DNA of 64,000 nucleotides from the human T2T-CHM13v2.0 reference genome, Homo sapiens. Below the pieces are notes generated by a model. The model was given only the letters and a program-made list of their open reading frames with translations, did not search any database and was not told the DNA's origin. Shown here in pieces: positions 55,641-64,000 of this stretch. The stretch is taken from assembly GCF_009914755.1 (NCBI RefSeq), contig NC_060934.1, one strand, 5' to 3'. The position numbers and the translations under genes are program-made. Position 1 is the stretch's first letter; each line of letters starts with the position of its first letter.

Positions 55641-56547
55641 GGGAGGAGGAGCCAAGATGGCCGAATAGGAACAGCTCCGGTCTACAGCTCCCAGCGTGAG
55701 CGACGCAGAAGACGGGTGATTTCTGCATTTCCATCTGAGGTACCGGGTTCATCTCAATAGGGAGTGCCAGACAGTGGGCGCAAGTCAGTGTGTGTGCGCA
55801 CCGTGCGCAAGCCGAAGCAGGGCGAGGCATTGCCTCACCTGGGAAGCGCAAGGGGTCAGGGAGTTCCCTTTCCGAGTCAAAGAAAGGGGTGACGGACGTA
55901 CCTGGAAAATCGGGTCACTCCCACCCGAATATTGCGCTTTTCAGACCGGCTTAAGAAACGGCGCACCACGAGACTATATCCCACACCTGGCTCAGAGGGT
56001 CCTACGCCCACGGAATCTCGCTGATTGCTAGCACAGCAGTCTGAGATCAAACTGCAAGGCGGCAACGAGGCTGGGGGAGGGGCGCCCGCCATTGCCCAGG
56101 CTTGCTTAGGTAAACAAAGCAGCCGGGAAGCTCGAACTGGGTGGAGCCCACCACAGCTCAAGGAGGCCTGCCTGCCTCTGTAGGCTCCACCTCTGGGGGC
56201 AGGGCACAGACAAACAAAAAGACAGCAGTAACCTCTGCAGACTTAAGTGTCCCTGTCTGACAGCTTTGAAGAGAGCAGTGGTTCTCCCAGCACGCAGCTG
56301 GAGATCTGAGAACGGGCAGACTGCCTCCTCAAGTGGGTCCCTGACCCCTGACCCCCGAGCAGCCTAACTGGGAGGCACCCCCCAGCAGGGGCACACTGAC
56401 ACCTCACACGGCAGGGTATTCCAACAGACCTGCAGCTGAGGGTCCTGTCTGTTAGAAGGAAAACTAACAACCAGAAAGGACATCTACACCGAAAACCCAT
56501 CTGTACATCACCATCATCAAAGACCAAAAGTAGATAAAACCACAAAG
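55641..56547 (+). promoter_or_regulatory. L1 5' UTR: CpG-island internal sense promoter and antisense promoter
   Basis: YY1 site CAAGATGGC 55653-55661; RUNX3-site region TGCATTTCCATCTGAGGTA ~55725-55743; SOX sites AAACAAA 56112-56118 and 56212-56218; CpG-rich. Confidence 0.9.
55877..56092 (-). CDS. ORF0: L1 ORF0 (71 aa, antisense, primate-specific)
   Basis: MAGAPPPASLPPCSLISDCCASNQRDSVGVG…RFSRYVRHPFL; ATG at 56092, inside ORF-track entry 55877..56161. Confidence 0.9.
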   Translation of the reverse strand: MAGAPPPASLPPCSLISDCCASNQRDSVGVGPSEPGVGYSLVVRRFLSRSEKRNIRVGVTRFSRYVRHPFL

Positions 56548-57564
56548 ATGGGGAAAAAACAGAACAGAAAAACTGGAAACTCTAAAACGCAGAGCGCCTC
56601 TCCTCCTCCAAAGGAACGCAGTTCCTCACTAGCAACAGAACAAAGCTGGATGGAGAATGATTTTGACGAGCTGAGAGAAGAAGGCTTCAGACGATCAAAT
56701 TACTCTGAGCTACGGGAGGACATTCAAACCAAAGGCAAAGAAGTTGAAAACTTTGAAAAAAATTTAGAAGAATGTATAACTAGAATAACCAATACAGAGA
56801 AGTGCTTAAAGGAGCTGATGGAGCTGAAAACCAAGGCTCGAGAACTACGTGAAGAATGCAGAAGCCTCAGGAGCCGATGCGATCAACTGGAAGAAAGGGT
56901 ATCAGCAATGGAAGATGAAATGAATGAAATGAAGCGAGAAGGGAAGTTTAGAGAAAAAAGAATAAAAAGAAATGAGCAAAGCCTCCAAGAAATATGGGAC
57001 TATGTGAAAAGACCAAATCTACGTCTGATTGGTGTACCTGAAAGTGATGTGGAGAATGGAACCAAGTTGGAAAACACTCTGCAGGATATTATCCAGGAGA
57101 ACTTCCCCAATCTAGCAAGGCAGGCCAACGTTCAGATTCAGGAAATACAGAGAACGCCACAAAGATACTCCTCGAGAAGAGCAACTCCAAGACACATAAT
57201 TGTCAGATTCACCAAAGTTGAAATGAAGGAAAAAATGTTAAGGGCAGCCAGAGAGAAAGGTCGGGTTACCCTCAAAGGAAAGCCCATCAGACTAACAGCG
57301 GATCTCTCGGCAGAAACCCTACAAGCCAGAAGAGAGTGGGGGCCAATATTCAACATTCTTAAAGAAAAGAATTTTCAACCCAGAATTTCATATCCAGCCA
57401 AACTAAGCTTCATAAGTGAAGGAGAAATAAAATACTTTATAGACAAGCAAATGCTGAGAGATTTTGTCACCACCAGGCCTGCCCTAAAAGAGCTCCTGAA
57501 GGAAGCACTAAACATGGAAAGGAACAACTGGTACCAGCCGCTGCAAAATCATGCCAAAATGTAA
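56548..57564 (+). CDS. ORF1: LINE-1 ORF1p, RNA-binding nucleic-acid chaperone (338 aa)
   Basis: Full-length MGKKQNRK…NHAKM; coiled coil, RRM and CTD motifs REKG, ARR and YPAKLS intact. Confidence 0.99.
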   Translation: MGKKQNRKTGNSKTQSASPPPKERSSSLATEQSWMENDFDELREEGFRRSNYSELREDIQTKGKEVENFEKNLEECITRITNTEKCLKELMELKTKARELREECRSLRSRCDQLEERVSAMEDEMNEMKREGKFREKRIKRNEQSLQEIWDYVKRPNLRLIGVPESDVENGTKLENTLQDIIQENFPNLARQANVQIQEIQRTPQRYSSRRATPRHIIVRFTKVEMKEKMLRAAREKGRVTLKGKPIRLTADLSAETLQARREWGPIFNILKEKNFQPRISYPAKLSFISEGEIKYFIDKQMLRDFVTTRPALKELLKEALNMERNNWYQPLQNHAKM

Positions 57565-57603
57565 AGACCATCGAGACTAGGAAGAAACTGCATCAACTAA
57601 TGA

Positions 57604-61455
<3,852 letters not shown>

Positions 61456-61498
61456 ACAATGAGATCACATGGACACAGGAAGGGGAATATCACACTCT

Positions 61499-61532
61499 GG
61501 GGACTGTGGTGGGGTCGGGGGAGGGGGGAGGG
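61499..61532 (+). other. G-rich, G-quadruplex-forming tract of the L1 3' UTR
   Basis: GGGGACTGTGGTGGGGTCGGGGGAGGGGGGAGGG. Confidence 0.85.
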
Positions 61533-61657
61533 ATAGCATTGGGAGATATACCTAATGCTAGATGACACATTAGTGGGTGCAGCGCACCAGCATGGCACAT
61601 GTATACATATGTAACTAACCTGCACAATGTGCACATGTACCCTAAAACTGAGAGTAT

Positions 61658-61663
61658 AATAAA
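61658..61663 (+). terminator. L1 poly(A) signal AATAAA, evidently read through in the parent transcript
   Basis: AGAGTATAATAAA abuts the first A-tract. Confidence 0.85.
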
Positions 61664-61686
61664 AAAAAAAAAAAAGAAAAAAAAAA

Positions 61687-61720
61687 TAAAGAAAATGTGG
61701 TATAAATACACAATCAAATA

Positions 61721-61722
<2 letters not shown>
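61687..61722 (+). other. 3' transduction (~36 nt) followed by a second poly(A) of 51 A (61723-61773)
   Basis: TAAAGAAAATGTGGTATAAATACACAATCAAATACT lies between two A-tracts and inside the outer TSD. Confidence 0.88.
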
Positions 61723-61768
<46 letters not shown>

Positions 61769-61774
<6 letters not shown>

Positions 61775-61781
61775 ATATGAA
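61769..61781 (+). repeat. Outer TSD of the L1HS, 3' copy (AAAAACATATGAA)
   Basis: Matches 55623-55635. Confidence 0.85.
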
Positions 61782-62062
61782 TGACTTTTGGCTTGCTTCC
61801 TTGAGGGGAAGGTGAGATGGGTTGGTAAACAGATAATATAATCTAAGAAATTATTTCATGGAGAAATGAACAAAAATCTTATAAACCCATAGTGGAGAAC
61901 ATTTTAATTAAACAAAGTACTACCCCAAAAAATGTCCATTTACGTTAAAGTTCATAGAATACATAGGAGCTAGCTTCAACCCAACTCTTAATCCCTGCAT
62001 GCATCAAGGATTTGGGGAGGCCTCACAGCAGTGCTCTCTACTTCATTAGGAAGGGAAAGCTG

Positions 62063-62422
<360 letters not shown>

Positions 62423-63140
62423 TTAACTTTGCTGCTACTGTAGCATGCCTTTCAGAAGTAAAGCATATTTAATTTATACACATCTCTATTTTTATTCCAG
62501 GAAGACAGATTGTCATACCATCTTTCTACTTGTAGGGCACCCAAAGGGTTTTGTTTATAAAAATCAATAAGTCCAGGGCTCTTTGTTTTTTGTAAGCCAA
62601 CCTATTTTATCTTTCACCTGTCTGCTGAAGGAAGCCATGTATCTTCCAGCAAGCAGTTGGATTTTGTCAATTCTTTGTGGTCCATTATCAGCCAGCCAAG
62701 ATTCAAGGTCACTCACTTTAGATGTTTGCTTCCTGGCAGAGGGCCCTTGTCCTGATGAAGGCCCTTAAAGTTGGTAAATGAGCATAAACTATTTTGGGCT
62801 TTATGAAATGCAATTCATCACCCTGCCCAGTGCTCCTCGTCTAGTCTTGCTTTGTGTCTGATCACTTGGCATTTTTAGCAGGTGAATGGTGCTTTCATGG
62901 AGCTCCTAATTTTCTCTGCACCTTCTCTGAAAGGGCTAGGGTAGTTCAGTGTGTTAGATCTATGAGGTAAGGTTATTCAGATTGTCAGGATTATTCACTG
63001 TAAAGAAGACAATTTCTGCCAAAGATTATGTAATCTAGTCACTTCTCCAAATGTCAGGGTACTAAAAATAACCCCCAGTTGGTTTCCTAATTCAAATACA
63101 TTGACAAATTTTACAAACATATATTTAAGAATTCTCTGGG

Positions 63141-63833
<693 letters not shown>

Positions 63834-63937
63834 TGACTTGTCCTGTTCCAGGTTTTTAAATCAAAAACTAAGTTCATTTATTTACAAAATTTCTAATTTT
63901 TTAATTTCTAAGTTCATTAATAGTCAATGCTTATTAT

Positions 63938-64000
63938 TGTATTAGCAAGGAATGTCCAGAGAAAAATAACCAATAGAAGACTGGGGAAAAAAGAGAGAGA
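63938..64000 (-). mobile_element. MLT2 LTR end, cut by the window edge
   Basis: TGTATTAG…TCCAGAGAAA…ACCAATAG, the same terminus as 1681. Confidence 0.6.

Noticed and set aside
55633-55642. GAAAATGTGG as the true TSD of this insertion
   Set aside because: It leaves the second 51-A tail and the outer AAAAACATA repeat unexplained, and it lacks an endonuclease-like site at its 5' copy. Kept only as the alternative to test.

Overview
Human genomic DNA (a human-specific L1HS is present): AT-rich, gene-poor and mostly made of transposon remnants (L1M/L1PB/L1PA LINEs, L2/L3/MIR, MaLR and ERV LTRs, Tigger/hAT DNA transposons, about 10 Alus). No host protein-coding gene could be identified; two short splice-site-flanked segments are flagged only as weak candidate exons. 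The dominant feature is a full-length L1HS (55641-61686, +) with Ta-0 diagnostics and intact ORF0, ORF1 (338 aa) and ORF2 (1275 aa). Its ends are unusual. It has two poly(A) tails separated by a ~36-nt 3' transduction, and two nested direct repeats: an inner GAAAATGTGG and an outer AAAAACATA(C/T)GAA. This is best explained by the copy having carried part of its parent's target-site duplication on both sides. It also has apparently non-consensus changes at the ORF1p S27-P28 phosphosite and at the ORF0 antisense splice donor. Elsewhere, old L1 copies carry fold-back inverted duplications and a locally templated insertion, there is multi-layer transposon nesting, and there is a closely spaced inverted Alu pair. 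Subfamily calls and consensus comparisons are from memory, not from a RepeatMasker run. I found no convincing evidence of a wholly new biological system.
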